Shown: piece by piece, positions 48,898 through 58,125 of the stretch
Position numbering within the stretch: position 1 is the first letter of the stretch
Layout: every line of letters starts with the position of its first letter
From: Candidatus Thorarchaeota archaeon
Lineage (GTDB): Archaea; Asgardarchaeota; Thorarchaeia; Thorarchaeales; Thorarchaeaceae
DNA: 64,000 bases
Assembly (NCBI GenBank): GCA_963726195.1
Contig: CAVSBO010000003.1
Span: forward strand, 531,970-595,969
Reading direction: 5' to 3'
Position numbers and translations under genes: made by a program
Notes under the pieces: generated by a model
Databases searched by the model: none
What the model saw: only the letters and a program-made list of their open reading frames with translations
Told to the model about the DNA's origin: nothing

Positions 48898-50730
48898 TTG
48901 TGCGGCATAACTGGTATTGTGAGCCTCAACCGGGAGGACATTGGTGAAGTTCTTGTCAAGTGCGGCCGCAAGTTGACGTACCGAGGTTACGACTCCGTGG
49001 GGCTCGCAGCTGTTCATAATGGCACAGTTGACCTCAGGAAAGACGTAGGGACAATCGATGCAGTGGACAAGTTGCTCGGATTGTCAAAAATGAAAGGAGA
49101 CAGAGGCATCGTCCAACTTAGATGGGCGACCTACGGTCCGCCAACAAAGCTCAATGCGCAGCCACATTTCGGATGCGACGAGTCAATCTACGGGGCTCAC
49201 AATGGCAACATCCACAATTATGTGGAGTATCGGAAGGAACTCGTGGAGACAGGTCATATCGTACGCTCTGAGAATGACGGGGAGCTTTGTGTCCACGCTG
49301 TCGACAAGTACTATGAACAGACTGGCGATATGCTAGAGGCCGTAAGGCTTTCTACGCGGGACCTGAAGGGTGCGTTCTCGTTCGCCGTGGGCAGAGCGGA
49401 TAGCAAAGAGATCTATGCCGTCAAGATGGGATCCTCACTCGTTGCAGGAGTCGGCAATGGCGAGACAATTGCATCAAGTGACCTTCCCTCGATTCTGCCA
49501 GTCACAAACAATGTGATTTACCTTGCAGATGGCGAGATGCTAGCGCTTTCTCCAGATAGGGTTGAGGTCTACAGAATCGAAGATGGAAAGCGGCTGCAGC
49601 GAAAACCGGAGCCCACTACGATCGACGTACACTCAGCCGAGAAGGGCGGCTTCCCACACTTCATGCTGAAGGAGATAAACGAACAACCAAAGGTTGCACA
49701 AGACGTGATGGGAGTTCTTCAGGGAGCGAAGTCTGACGAATGGCTCAAGTTGATAGAGGAAGCAAAGAGCCTCTACCTTGTGGCGTGCGGCTCGTCCTAC
49801 AATGCGGGTATCGTCGGAGCGTACTACTTCAATCGACTAGCCGGCATACCTCTAGTTCCCTCAATCGGCGGCCAATTCGAGCCTATGTACGGCCGGACTC
49901 TAGATGAAGATAGCTTATGCATCCTTGTTTCCCAAAGCGGAGAGACCAAGGACATACTGAACGTCCTGAATCTCGTGAAAGGTCAGGGCACCGGCAAGAC
50001 TCTGGGCATCGTCAATGTCATCGGCAGCACCTTGATGTTCAACGCAGACGCGTACGTACCAATGGTCTGCGGATACGAGGTCAGCGTCCCTGCCACAAAG
50101 ACCTACTTCTCTCAGACAGTCATCTTTGCATACCTTGCTGCGGTGCTAGGCGAGAGAAACGGTCGCCTTGACCGGAAGGAAGCAAGATCCATTGTTCGAT
50201 TGTTGAGCCAAGACTTGCCAGTACTGGCTCAATCAACAATCGACCGCACGGGAATCCTTGCAAAGAACCTCGCGAGGACATTGACCGGCACTAAGGACCT
50301 TTACTGTCTCGGTTATGGTATGACTGACGGCGTAGCGCATGAAGGGGCACTCAAGATCAAAGAGATATGTTACAACCATTGCGAAGGAATGTATAGCTCA
50401 GAGTTCAAGCATGGACCTCTAAGCATAGTCACGAAGGATTACCCCGTGATATTCGTAACAACGCCAGAAGATAGCTGGATGGTCATTAATCATATCAACG
50501 AAGTCAAGTGCAGATTTGGTCGTGCCATAATCGTGGGTGAACGGGAGAGCACTCTTGAGCCGTACGTGGCAAATGAGACCGACTACTTGGAAGTCCCAAA
50601 GGCGAATATCATTCTCAATCCTATGTTGGATGTCATCCCGCTCCAGCTACTAAGCTATTTCCTCTCTGTTGACTTAGGAATTGACCCAGACTTGCCGCGC
50701 AATCTCTCTAAGACGCTAACCGTTGACTGA
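48898..50730 (+). CDS. glmS: Glutamine-fructose-6-phosphate transaminase
   Basis: MCGI N-terminus, YRGYDS, RWAT, HNG, SQSGET, EGALKIKE, PRNLSKTLTVD. Confidence 0.95.
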   Translation: MCGITGIVSLNREDIGEVLVKCGRKLTYRGYDSVGLAAVHNGTVDLRKDVGTIDAVDKLLGLSKMKGDRGIVQLRWATYGPPTKLNAQPHFGCDESIYGAHNGNIHNYVEYRKELVETGHIVRSENDGELCVHAVDKYYEQTGDMLEAVRLSTRDLKGAFSFAVGRADSKEIYAVKMGSSLVAGVGNGETIASSDLPSILPVTNNVIYLADGEMLALSPDRVEVYRIEDGKRLQRKPEPTTIDVHSAEKGGFPHFMLKEINEQPKVAQDVMGVLQGAKSDEWLKLIEEAKSLYLVACGSSYNAGIVGAYYFNRLAGIPLVPSIGGQFEPMYGRTLDEDSLCILVSQSGETKDILNVLNLVKGQGTGKTLGIVNVIGSTLMFNADAYVPMVCGYEVSVPATKTYFSQTVIFAYLAAVLGERNGRLDRKEARSIVRLLSQDLPVLAQSTIDRTGILAKNLARTLTGTKDLYCLGYGMTDGVAHEGALKIKEICYNHCEGMYSSEFKHGPLSIVTKDYPVIFVTTPEDSWMVINHINEVKCRFGRAIIVGERESTLEPYVANETDYLEVPKANIILNPMLDVIPLQLLSYFLSVDLGIDPDLPRNLSKTLTVD

Positions 50731-50731
50731 T

Positions 50732-51114
50732 TCAGTCTTGACCTGTCTCGCCGATTCTGATGACTCTCATGGCGGAAGAAGATACATTCCCTGCATCAAA
50801 GCCCTCTCTGATGTTGACCAACTCGTCGTCACCAACTTGGAATACGCCAGTCAGCTTGGTCTCATCAGCCAGAGCCCACTGGCCAAAGATGTCGAGATTG
50901 GTGTCAGTCTTGCATTCGAGAAGACCAGTAGTCCCTGAGCTCGACCACCAGCTGAACACCTGCCACATTGGCCAAGACTGGCAAGCATCTCCCTCCACAG
51001 TTTCTTGAGCCGCGTAGGACCGTGACTGTTGAAGAATGTTATCACAACGTTGCCTTTTCGTCCTTCGAGCTCTTGACGGATTGTCCCCATCTCTGACTCT
51101 GAAAACAGCATCAT
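50732..51114 (-). CDS. Hypothetical protein, probably one gene frameshifted near 51000
   Basis: Overlapping ORFs 50851-51114 and 50732-50998 fill the gap; TTTTAAC TATA-like sequence on the minus strand upstream. Confidence 0.4.
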
Positions 51115-51192
51115 TTGACTGTGTGCCTAAGCCCGGTCCGTTAAAAGCTCCGCGCTACGGATAAAAGGAGAAGCAGGACCCGTTGAATCGAG

Positions 51193-52098
51193 TTGGACAT
51201 TTTGCCGAAAGTATACTCCGAAGTCGGACTCTTTTCGTCCGATCCATACTCTCCTCGCGTGCAAAGCTTAACCACGGCATTTCAAAGCTTGGGAGTTGAT
51301 ACAACCCAGGTAATGCCCTGGAAGGTTGCACGGACCGGCTCGACAAATATGCATAGTATCATGATAGACGGCAAGGACCTGACGGACCTAGACTTGATGC
51401 TCGTGCTAGACCTTGGCGCTACTGATATCGGGGCATTTTTCAATCGCGTGGGATTACTCTCGGCCTTGGCAGAACTAGGTGTGGAGATTGTGAACTCGGT
51501 TTCTTCGATACTTCTCATGCGGAACAAAGCCGAGACTATGCGGAAGCTAGTTTCTGCTGGGCTCCCCGTTCCGGAGACCCTCATCACGGAGTCAATCGAC
51601 CACGCAGCTGAGTTCGCGAAATCGCACATCCCCTGCGTACTGAAACCCATAACTGGCTTCGGAGGGGAGGGCGTTCAGCTCATTGAACGCGAGTTCGACC
51701 TTGAGAACATCCATGACTACCTCAAGGTTCACAACCAGTATCATGGAAAAGGAGCCTTTCTTCTTCAAGAGTACATCCGAAATTCCGGGTACGATATTCG
51801 CGCCCTCGTTGTCGAGAATGAGGTTATCGCGACAATGCAGAGAGTAGGAGGAGAGGGCATCACTAGAAACATCCATGCAGGCGGCTTGCCGCGTCGAAAT
51901 GAGGTAGATGTCACGGACCTGGCAGTTAGGGCGGCGAAGTCGGTTCGGGGTAGGCTCGTAGGAGTCGATCTCATTCCAGATGTCGACGGCCAACTCTGGG
52001 TCTTGGAAGCAAACGCCACACCGGGCTGGTCAGGCTTGCAGCAAGTTACGAATTTCGACATTTCAAGAAGGATAGCCCAAGTCTTTTGTCGCCGCTAG
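51193..52098 (+). CDS. RimK/CofF/MptN-family ATP-grasp ligase
   Basis: NKAET, PVPETL, VLKPITGFGGEGV, LQEYI, DIRALVV, NIHAGG, GVDL, EANATPGW. Confidence 0.88.
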   Translation: MDILPKVYSEVGLFSSDPYSPRVQSLTTAFQSLGVDTTQVMPWKVARTGSTNMHSIMIDGKDLTDLDLMLVLDLGATDIGAFFNRVGLLSALAELGVEIVNSVSSILLMRNKAETMRKLVSAGLPVPETLITESIDHAAEFAKSHIPCVLKPITGFGGEGVQLIEREFDLENIHDYLKVHNQYHGKGAFLLQEYIRNSGYDIRALVVENEVIATMQRVGGEGITRNIHAGGLPRRNEVDVTDLAVRAAKSVRGRLVGVDLIPDVDGQLWVLEANATPGWSGLQQVTNFDISRRIAQVFCRR

Positions 52099-52141
52099 CC
52101 CGTTATTTCCATAAGCTTAAAAGCAGGCCAGATGGCGTGCC

Positions 52142-52209
52142 ATTCGTCCGGTCCAGAGGGTAACCTCTGCCCGGCGGAATATCGTGGAATCCGTCCTGCT
52201 TTGCAGGAC
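52142..52209 (+). promoter_or_regulatory. Structured 5' leader (two hairpins) upstream of the coiled-coil gene
   Basis: CCGG..CAGAGG-GTAA-CCTCTG..CCGG (GNRA loop) and GTCCTGC-TTT-GCAGGAC, downstream of TATA-like CTTAAAA at ~52116. Confidence 0.4.
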
Positions 52210-52238
52210 AGCAAGACGAAATTCTGAGGTTCAATTGG

Positions 52239-53258
52239 TTGACAGAAGCCGCTGAAACAGTTCCAGAAGACCTCGAGTTTCTGAGAACCAAGCTCAGAGA
52301 ACTCAAAACCCAAGCACGTGAAGACCTAGAGCAGTTGCGTAGAGACCGCGACAAGATGCGGGAATACAAGACCATCCGCGACGAGCACAACAAGGAAGTG
52401 CGTGCCCTCATTGAATCGGTGAAGGCTGAACGCGAGGAACGTGACCGCATCAACGCAGAAATCACCGAAGCTAAAGATAAGCGAACCGCAATTCACGCAC
52501 AGCTCAAGAGCGTCTATGACGAGATCCGCGACTTGAGGGACAAAATCGTGGGCAGTCCCTCAACAGATCAGAGAAGAATGATGCGGAGAGTCGAGGAACT
52601 GGAGTGGAGACAGCAAACAGAGCAGCTGTCCATGGACGAAGAACGACAGATTGTCGATGAGATTGCAAAGATTGAAGCACAGCTTGTCAAGATAGGCCAG
52701 GAGAAGGAGAAGCAGGACAAGATAAGTGAACTCCGACGAATGGCCCGAAGACTAAAGGAGGAGGCCACAGAAGCTCACCAGAAGGTGCTTACTCTTTCTG
52801 AGCAATCACAGGTACACCATCAAGAAGTCGTGAGAATCAGACCACAACTGGAACAATACAAGAAGTCTGCTGACACGGCGCACCAGAACTTCGTGGAATG
52901 GCTCAAGAAGGTCAAGGATGGAGAGACTAAACTCAAGGACGCCCGCACTCAGATTGACGATATTCACGAGAAAATCAGGAAGCAGATGTCTGAAAGAAGA
53001 GAATCTGAGAAGACTGGCAAGAAGGCACAGTGAAGAGAACAAGACAAAGAACGTGCTGATCTCGCAGTCGAAAAGATGACCACTGGCAAGAGAATGACAT
53101 TCGATGAGTTCATTCTTGCTCAGCGAGTCGTTAGTGATGACAAGAAGCGGGCAGATAAGAAGAAGAGAGCAACAGCAGACGAAACCGAAGAAACAACTGC
53201 GGAAACAACAGAATCAGAGCCAACCAAGGATGAACCAGCCGAGGAAGATAAGGAGTAG
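52239..53258 (+). CDS. Archaeal coiled-coil protein (COG1340-like) with an in-frame TGA at 53031-53033
   Basis: RDEHNKEV, ELEWRQQT..LSMDEERQIV, and family-typical C-terminal KMTTGKRMTFDEF in ORF 53076-53258, which is in the same frame. Confidence 0.75.
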
Positions 53259-53307
53259 CTGAGACTGTCTCTCGTCACGTGCATGAAAGACCGAGGCGAC
53301 CAAAGCT

Positions 53308-54591
53308 TTGAGTAGCACAAGCGAGAGGCCTGTCAGCCGCCATTCTGCTGTTACAATCTTCTACTTTCTGGCTCTCGGTTCCGGAGTGATGCGTACATTC
53401 TCCGTCGGTTTTGACATTGTCGCTCTCAACACTGTGATTGACCCTAAAATCGATGCATCCTACGCCTTTGCGTACGGTTTCATGGCACAGTGGGTCAGCT
53501 TCGTGGCCACAAGCCTACTCGTATTAGTCCTGAGTGCGAAGAAGAGAATCGACGAAAAGCCAAGGGCGCTAGGTTACTTGGTCGACCCCGACTTTGGCAG
53601 AATAGGTTTCCTCCCGAAGAAAGCCATGATGTACACTTTCATTGGCGGTGTCTTCGCAGGCATCTCGACCTACTCCTATTACTGGTTGATAGGGACCACC
53701 ACAGACGCATCTGCTGTCCTACCTTTTGGTCAACTCGCCGTCATCTATCTTCTGATGGGAGACTTGATGGCCGAAAAAGACACGCCCACGATCATCGAAG
53801 TTCAATGCATTATGTCCATAATGTTCGGAGTGCTTCTTGTGGGAGTCTCTCCTCAAGGAGGGTTCAATATCGGTACATTGCTCGTAGTGCTCGTGCCAAT
53901 GAACATGTCATCTGCAGTATTAACCTATTATCAACGGAAGACAAAGCGCTACGAAATCAGGCCAGGACTTCAGGTCGACACAATCAATATGCGTCTCTGG
54001 TCACTGCTATTTCTAAACACGGTATACACTATACTCGCCATTCCCTCGATGTCAGCAAGCTTCTGGCAGATAATGAATGTGACATTTGTGCCCTTGCTGT
54101 GGATAACCGTCGGCGGGTCTCTCACGGCATTCTTCTCAATCGTGATGTATTCAAGGGCGCTTGGACGGGGATCGATGGCTATCGTCAACTCATTGTCCTC
54201 GATTTCAGTCGTGCTCGGGATCCCCTTGATGCTGATTGGGAACCTAATTGTCCCCGGATCCTTTGGAGCAATTAGCGCCAATGTTTCCCAATGGATTTTC
54301 AAGATGTTTGGTGTTTCCCTTGTCATGATCGGAGTAATTGCTCTACAGGCATCAGATGTGAGAGCGATTGTCATAATCAGAGTGAGACCAGAAACCGGAG
54401 ACCTACTGCCCCTGCTCTTCAATATCAAGGGAGTTGAGAGCGCTTCTGGGGTCGCAGGTGATCTTGATTACCTTCTGAGCATCAAGGCTCGCAGCCTCGC
54501 GAAGACACGGACTCAGATACTGAATCGGGTTCAGGAGGTTCCCGGTGTTCAGAGCGTTCACACGCTCATTGTCCTTAAGGATTACAGATAA
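53308..54591 (+). CDS. DMT/EamA-like 10-TM membrane protein fused to a C-terminal Lrp/AsnC ligand-binding domain
   Basis: About 10 hydrophobic segments, then RAIVIIRV...IKGVESASGVAGDLDYLLSI...VPGVQSVHTLIVL. Confidence 0.7.
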   Translation: MSSTSERPVSRHSAVTIFYFLALGSGVMRTFSVGFDIVALNTVIDPKIDASYAFAYGFMAQWVSFVATSLLVLVLSAKKRIDEKPRALGYLVDPDFGRIGFLPKKAMMYTFIGGVFAGISTYSYYWLIGTTTDASAVLPFGQLAVIYLLMGDLMAEKDTPTIIEVQCIMSIMFGVLLVGVSPQGGFNIGTLLVVLVPMNMSSAVLTYYQRKTKRYEIRPGLQVDTINMRLWSLLFLNTVYTILAIPSMSASFWQIMNVTFVPLLWITVGGSLTAFFSIVMYSRALGRGSMAIVNSLSSISVVLGIPLMLIGNLIVPGSFGAISANVSQWIFKMFGVSLVMIGVIALQASDVRAIVIIRVRPETGDLLPLLFNIKGVESASGVAGDLDYLLSIKARSLAKTRTQILNRVQEVPGVQSVHTLIVLKDYR

Positions 54592-54632
54592 CAATGTGGA
54601 TATGATTGGTCAAACCAGTTCGAGGTGGAAAG

Positions 54633-54888
54633 ATGGGTAACTCAATTCAAGCGTACGTGCTTATGGACATCGAAATAGGGCAGTTGGACAAAGTTGTTGA
54701 AAAGCTGAGACTCATTCAAGAAGCCAACAAGATTGCCGTGGTAACAGGACATTACGACATCATAATGCGGCTTCAGGTCGAAAGCCTGGAGCGAACTCTA
54801 CGATATCACTATCCAAAGAATCCATACGATACCAGGAATTAGAGAAACAACCACGGCAGTGATTGAAAAAATATACGTAGTGCACTAG
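54633..54888 (+). CDS. Stand-alone Lrp/AsnC ligand-binding domain, frameshifted near 54790
   Basis: AYVLMDIE...VTGHYDIIMRL, continuing in another frame as ELYDITIQRIHTIPGIRETTTAVI. Confidence 0.75.
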
Positions 54889-55020
54889 TTCATTGTTAGA
54901 GCGGCGCCAGTGCTGTTGCGACCCAACACCTTTTATGTCGACGACCCTCGCTCCTGACGTCGGCATGCCACCACAACGTAGTATTGGCACGCCATGTCAT
55001 GGTCTCTCATGGTGGTCTGT

Positions 55021-55965
55021 TTGTCAGAAGAAGTCGAAATACTTGGATTGACAAAGAACTTCGGGAAACTTGTCGCTCTCGACCACATTGAAGCCTCCAT
55101 TCCTCAAGGGTCCATCTTCGGACTCCTTGGTCCCAACGGAGCAGGGAAGAGCACAACCATTCGGCTCCTATGCACACTGTTGAGGCCTACTGATGGAACG
55201 GCGAGAGTCTCTGAGTTCGACGTTATAGAGAACCCCGTCAAGGTGAGAGAGATTACTGGTGTCCTCCCTGAAGAGGGAAATCACACTCTGTACCCCTCGC
55301 TGACTGTCTACGCCAATCTTGAGTACTTTGCGCGACTGTATGGAGTCCCAGAAGAAGAAATCCCCATCAGAATACAGGACCTTCTGAATTTCATGGAACT
55401 CTGGGAAAGAAAAGACGACAAGGCCGGGAAACTGAGCACCGGCAACAGACAGAGGGTCGCTCTGTGCCGAGCCATGCTTCACAAGCCGAAAGTTCTGTTG
55501 CTAGACGAACCGACATCTGCTCTTGACCCTGTCGCGGCAAAGAGAGTTCGTGAACTGATTCTCAATCTCTCTCGAAAGTACAAACAGACGTTCTTCATCA
55601 ACTCGCACAACCTAGCCGAGGTCCAACGTATCTGCGATAGAATCGCGATAATAGACGAAGGGAAGATTCTACTGACAGGAATGACGACGGAGCTTCGTGA
55701 GAAACTCCATGGACAGCAGGAGTATAGGATAAGAGTCGTGGGCGACGTAGGCAAGGCTGAGTCAATAGTCCGGTCTGTCGACTTCGTGGAGTCTACAAGC
55801 ACCGAGATTGATACGATTGTTGTGAAAGTCAAGGACCCACTGCAAAACAACTCAAAGCTCATTCGCAAGCTGGTCGATAGTGGTGTTAACGTCGTCGAGT
55901 TCTCCGAAGAGGAAGCAAGTCTAGAGGACTTGTATTTGCAGACAATCAAAGGAGGCACCAAGTGA
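55021..55965 (+). CDS. ABC transporter ATP-binding protein
   Basis: GPNGAGKST, LSTGNRQR, LLDEPT, SH, SLEDLYL. Confidence 0.92.
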   Translation: MSEEVEILGLTKNFGKLVALDHIEASIPQGSIFGLLGPNGAGKSTTIRLLCTLLRPTDGTARVSEFDVIENPVKVREITGVLPEEGNHTLYPSLTVYANLEYFARLYGVPEEEIPIRIQDLLNFMELWERKDDKAGKLSTGNRQRVALCRAMLHKPKVLLLDEPTSALDPVAAKRVRELILNLSRKYKQTFFINSHNLAEVQRICDRIAIIDEGKILLTGMTTELREKLHGQQEYRIRVVGDVGKAESIVRSVDFVESTSTEIDTIVVKVKDPLQNNSKLIRKLVDSGVNVVEFSEEEASLEDLYLQTIKGGTK

Positions 55966-56729
55966 TGGCTCGTCGGAAGGCAATGCTGGTCGCGAGAACA
56001 GACTTAAAGATGGCTCTTCAAGTTAGATACGTAAAGCTCAGCCTGATTGCCATGGGAGCTTTGGGGCCCTTCATCGTGCTGTTTCTGATTGGTCTAATGG
56101 CAGCGGCCGTGCCGTTAGGGGCGGAATATGATGTTCTCATGTCTATATTCCCACAAATCGGATCAACAATGATCGCTATGTTCTCGGTGATACCTGCTAC
56201 GATGATAGCCGCGAACGCTCTAGTCGGTGAGAGGGAGCAGAACACATTGGAAGCAATCTTGTCCACGCCTCTTACAGACCGCGAACTCCTGCTCGGCAAG
56301 ACACTCAGTTCGTTCATTCCGAGCATAGTTCTCCTCTTGAGTGGAACAGCCGCAGTCATGATAGGGACCACGGTTGAATTCTTCTTTGCGCATAAGCCTT
56401 GGATGATGATTCCAGGTGTCGAAGGCCTTTTCGTAATCCTAGCCGCAGCGCCCCTCGTAATCTTGGCTGCTGTATCCATAAACATCCTGATTAGCGGGAA
56501 GGTGAAGAGAGTCTACGAGGCATATCAGTCGTCAGGAGTGGTTATACTGGTTCTCATGATTCCCATGTTCATTCCTATCATCGGCCTCAATCCAAGCGGG
56601 GTTCCAAATCCAAACATCATTTGGTTTGGCAACTTACTGACTTTCCTTGTCAGCGCGGTGCTCGTAACAGTCACTTGGGCAGTCGCACTTAGGCGGTTCA
56701 ATAGGGATGCCATGGTTTCCCGAAGATAG
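55962..56729 (+). CDS. ABC-2 transporter permease
   Basis: VGEREQNTLEAILSTP...ELLLGK; six TM segments; GTGA overlap with the ATPase gene. Confidence 0.88.
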   Translation: MMARRKAMLVARTDLKMALQVRYVKLSLIAMGALGPFIVLFLIGLMAAAVPLGAEYDVLMSIFPQIGSTMIAMFSVIPATMIAANALVGEREQNTLEAILSTPLTDRELLLGKTLSSFIPSIVLLLSGTAAVMIGTTVEFFFAHKPWMMIPGVEGLFVILAAAPLVILAAVSINILISGKVKRVYEAYQSSGVVILVLMIPMFIPIIGLNPSGVPNPNIIWFGNLLTFLVSAVLVTVTWAVALRRFNRDAMVSRR

Positions 56730-56812
56730 GAAGAAGATGATGTACCACGCCTCTGTCTCTTTCTCAAGGTTGTTCGCAGCGAAGAGGAGAGTTGCCTACA
56801 GGGCTATGTGAA

Positions 56813-57340
56813 CTAATCACGTAAGAGCTTCAGACCCGTTGGATACCTTAAGGCTAGGTCTCTGTAGATTGCCTTGAACTTTGAGAGCTCTTCCTTGTGA
56901 CGTTGCTGTACGTCGCCGATCACTTTCGCAGGCACACCGACTGCAATCTTCTCGTCAGGCACCTGAAGGCCCTGAGTAATGACCGTCCCTTCTCCAACAA
57001 TGGCCCAGCGTCCGACAACGGCATAGTCCGATACTATTGCGCCCATACCGATTACGGCTTCGTCTTTGACCGTGGCATTGTGGACAATACATCCATGTCC
57101 CAGCGTCACGTTCTTGCCAATGGTTGTCTTCTCTCCGGGCCTTGCGTGCACAACCACATTATCCTGAACACTCGTGCCATCACCTATCGTCACTTCCCCG
57201 TAGTCGCCCTTGACAACGGCCCCAGGAGCGACATAGCAGAGACTCCCGATCGAGACCTTTCCAATCACTGTCGCAGAGTGACTGATGTACGCCTTGTCAC
57301 TAATCGCAGGGACCCTACCTTCGAATTCGTACACTGTCAT
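56813..57340 (-). CDS. Gamma-carbonic anhydrase family (left-handed beta-helix) protein
   Basis: VIGKV, KGDYG, VQDNVVVH, GHGCIVH, GVPAKVI. Confidence 0.88.
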   Translation of the reverse strand: MTVYEFEGRVPAISDKAYISHSATVIGKVSIGSLCYVAPGAVVKGDYGEVTIGDGTSVQDNVVVHARPGEKTTIGKNVTLGHGCIVHNATVKDEAVIGMGAIVSDYAVVGRWAIVGEGTVITQGLQVPDEKIAVGVPAKVIGDVQQRHKEELSKFKAIYRDLALRYPTGLKLLRD

Positions 57341-57473
57341 GGAGAATCACGAGAATAGCAGGTGCCAACCTCGATATTAGTGTGAAGGTCAGTATTGCCT
57401 TTACAGGCGTATCTGGCGAAACGTTAAATGCCAGCGCGGCTGATTGATTACTGATTATATTCCAACGATAGGG

Positions 57474-57881
57474 ATGGCGTACATGACAAAGAAGACATCG
57501 AAGAGTGAAGAGCCACACGAGTTTCCCATCCTCAGGGGCGAATCGGTTGGACGAAGTGGCGAGTTCACTGGTCGAGTAGTCATTGTTGCCGATCCCAAGA
57601 ACCTGAAACGGCGCTGGGCATCGGACGAAATCGCGGTTTTGGGGATGAATCTCGAAAAGCACTTCAAAACAAACGCGCAGGACATGAAGAATCTGTTCAG
57701 CAAGGTGTCAGCGATACTAGCTGAGTTCGGTGAACCAATTGGTGAGTTCGCATCAATGGCCTACGCTCACCAAACAATGGGCATAATAAACGTCCGCGAC
57801 GCAACGCACGTACTCGAAACCGACATGCACATTCGCTTGCTGTCCTCAGAGAATCAGGGTGAAGTCTTCTTTATCTCATGA
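57474..57881 (+). CDS. Stand-alone PEP-utilizer swivelling (mobile) domain lacking the phospho-His
   Basis: ILRGESVG..FTGRVVIV, AILAEFG, ..VRDATHVL resemble PEP synthase mobile domains. Confidence 0.55.
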   Translation: MAYMTKKTSKSEEPHEFPILRGESVGRSGEFTGRVVIVADPKNLKRRWASDEIAVLGMNLEKHFKTNAQDMKNLFSKVSAILAEFGEPIGEFASMAYAHQTMGIINVRDATHVLETDMHIRLLSSENQGEVFFIS

Positions 57882-58125
57882 ATGATGGAAACTGAAAGCC
57901 CTTATCGAGAGCAACCCTTGAGGCCTCTTGGAGACAAGTGATGCCCAAGCCAGAGGAACCAAAGAAGCAGTTAACGATGCTCGACCTCTTCACGTCCTAG
58001 TCTACGTGCCCTCCGTGTCGCCGCCTAGACGGGAGGCAGAGCACGAAGGAAATGGGCAGGCTGAGTGGACTGCTTGTCGCTAGATTCAATAAGACCCTTA
58101 GAACGTAAGTCTTCTGACAGTCAAA

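Noticed and set aside
52110-52240. SRP RNA or tRNA at the structured intergenic region
   Set aside because: Too short for archaeal SRP RNA, and lacks both the helix-8 signature and a cloverleaf/T-loop.
16011-53033. Genome-wide UGA reassignment suggested by two in-frame TGAs
   Set aside because: Many intact genes end in TGA at family-typical C-termini (glmS at 50730; the ATGA/GTGA overlaps at 16655, 55962 and 62983).
53490-54275. Long alternative-frame or antisense ORFs (e.g. 53490-54275, 2555-3292, 29401-30051, 32321-32935)
   Set aside because: They overlap well-supported genes, lack motifs and have atypical composition; shadow ORFs.
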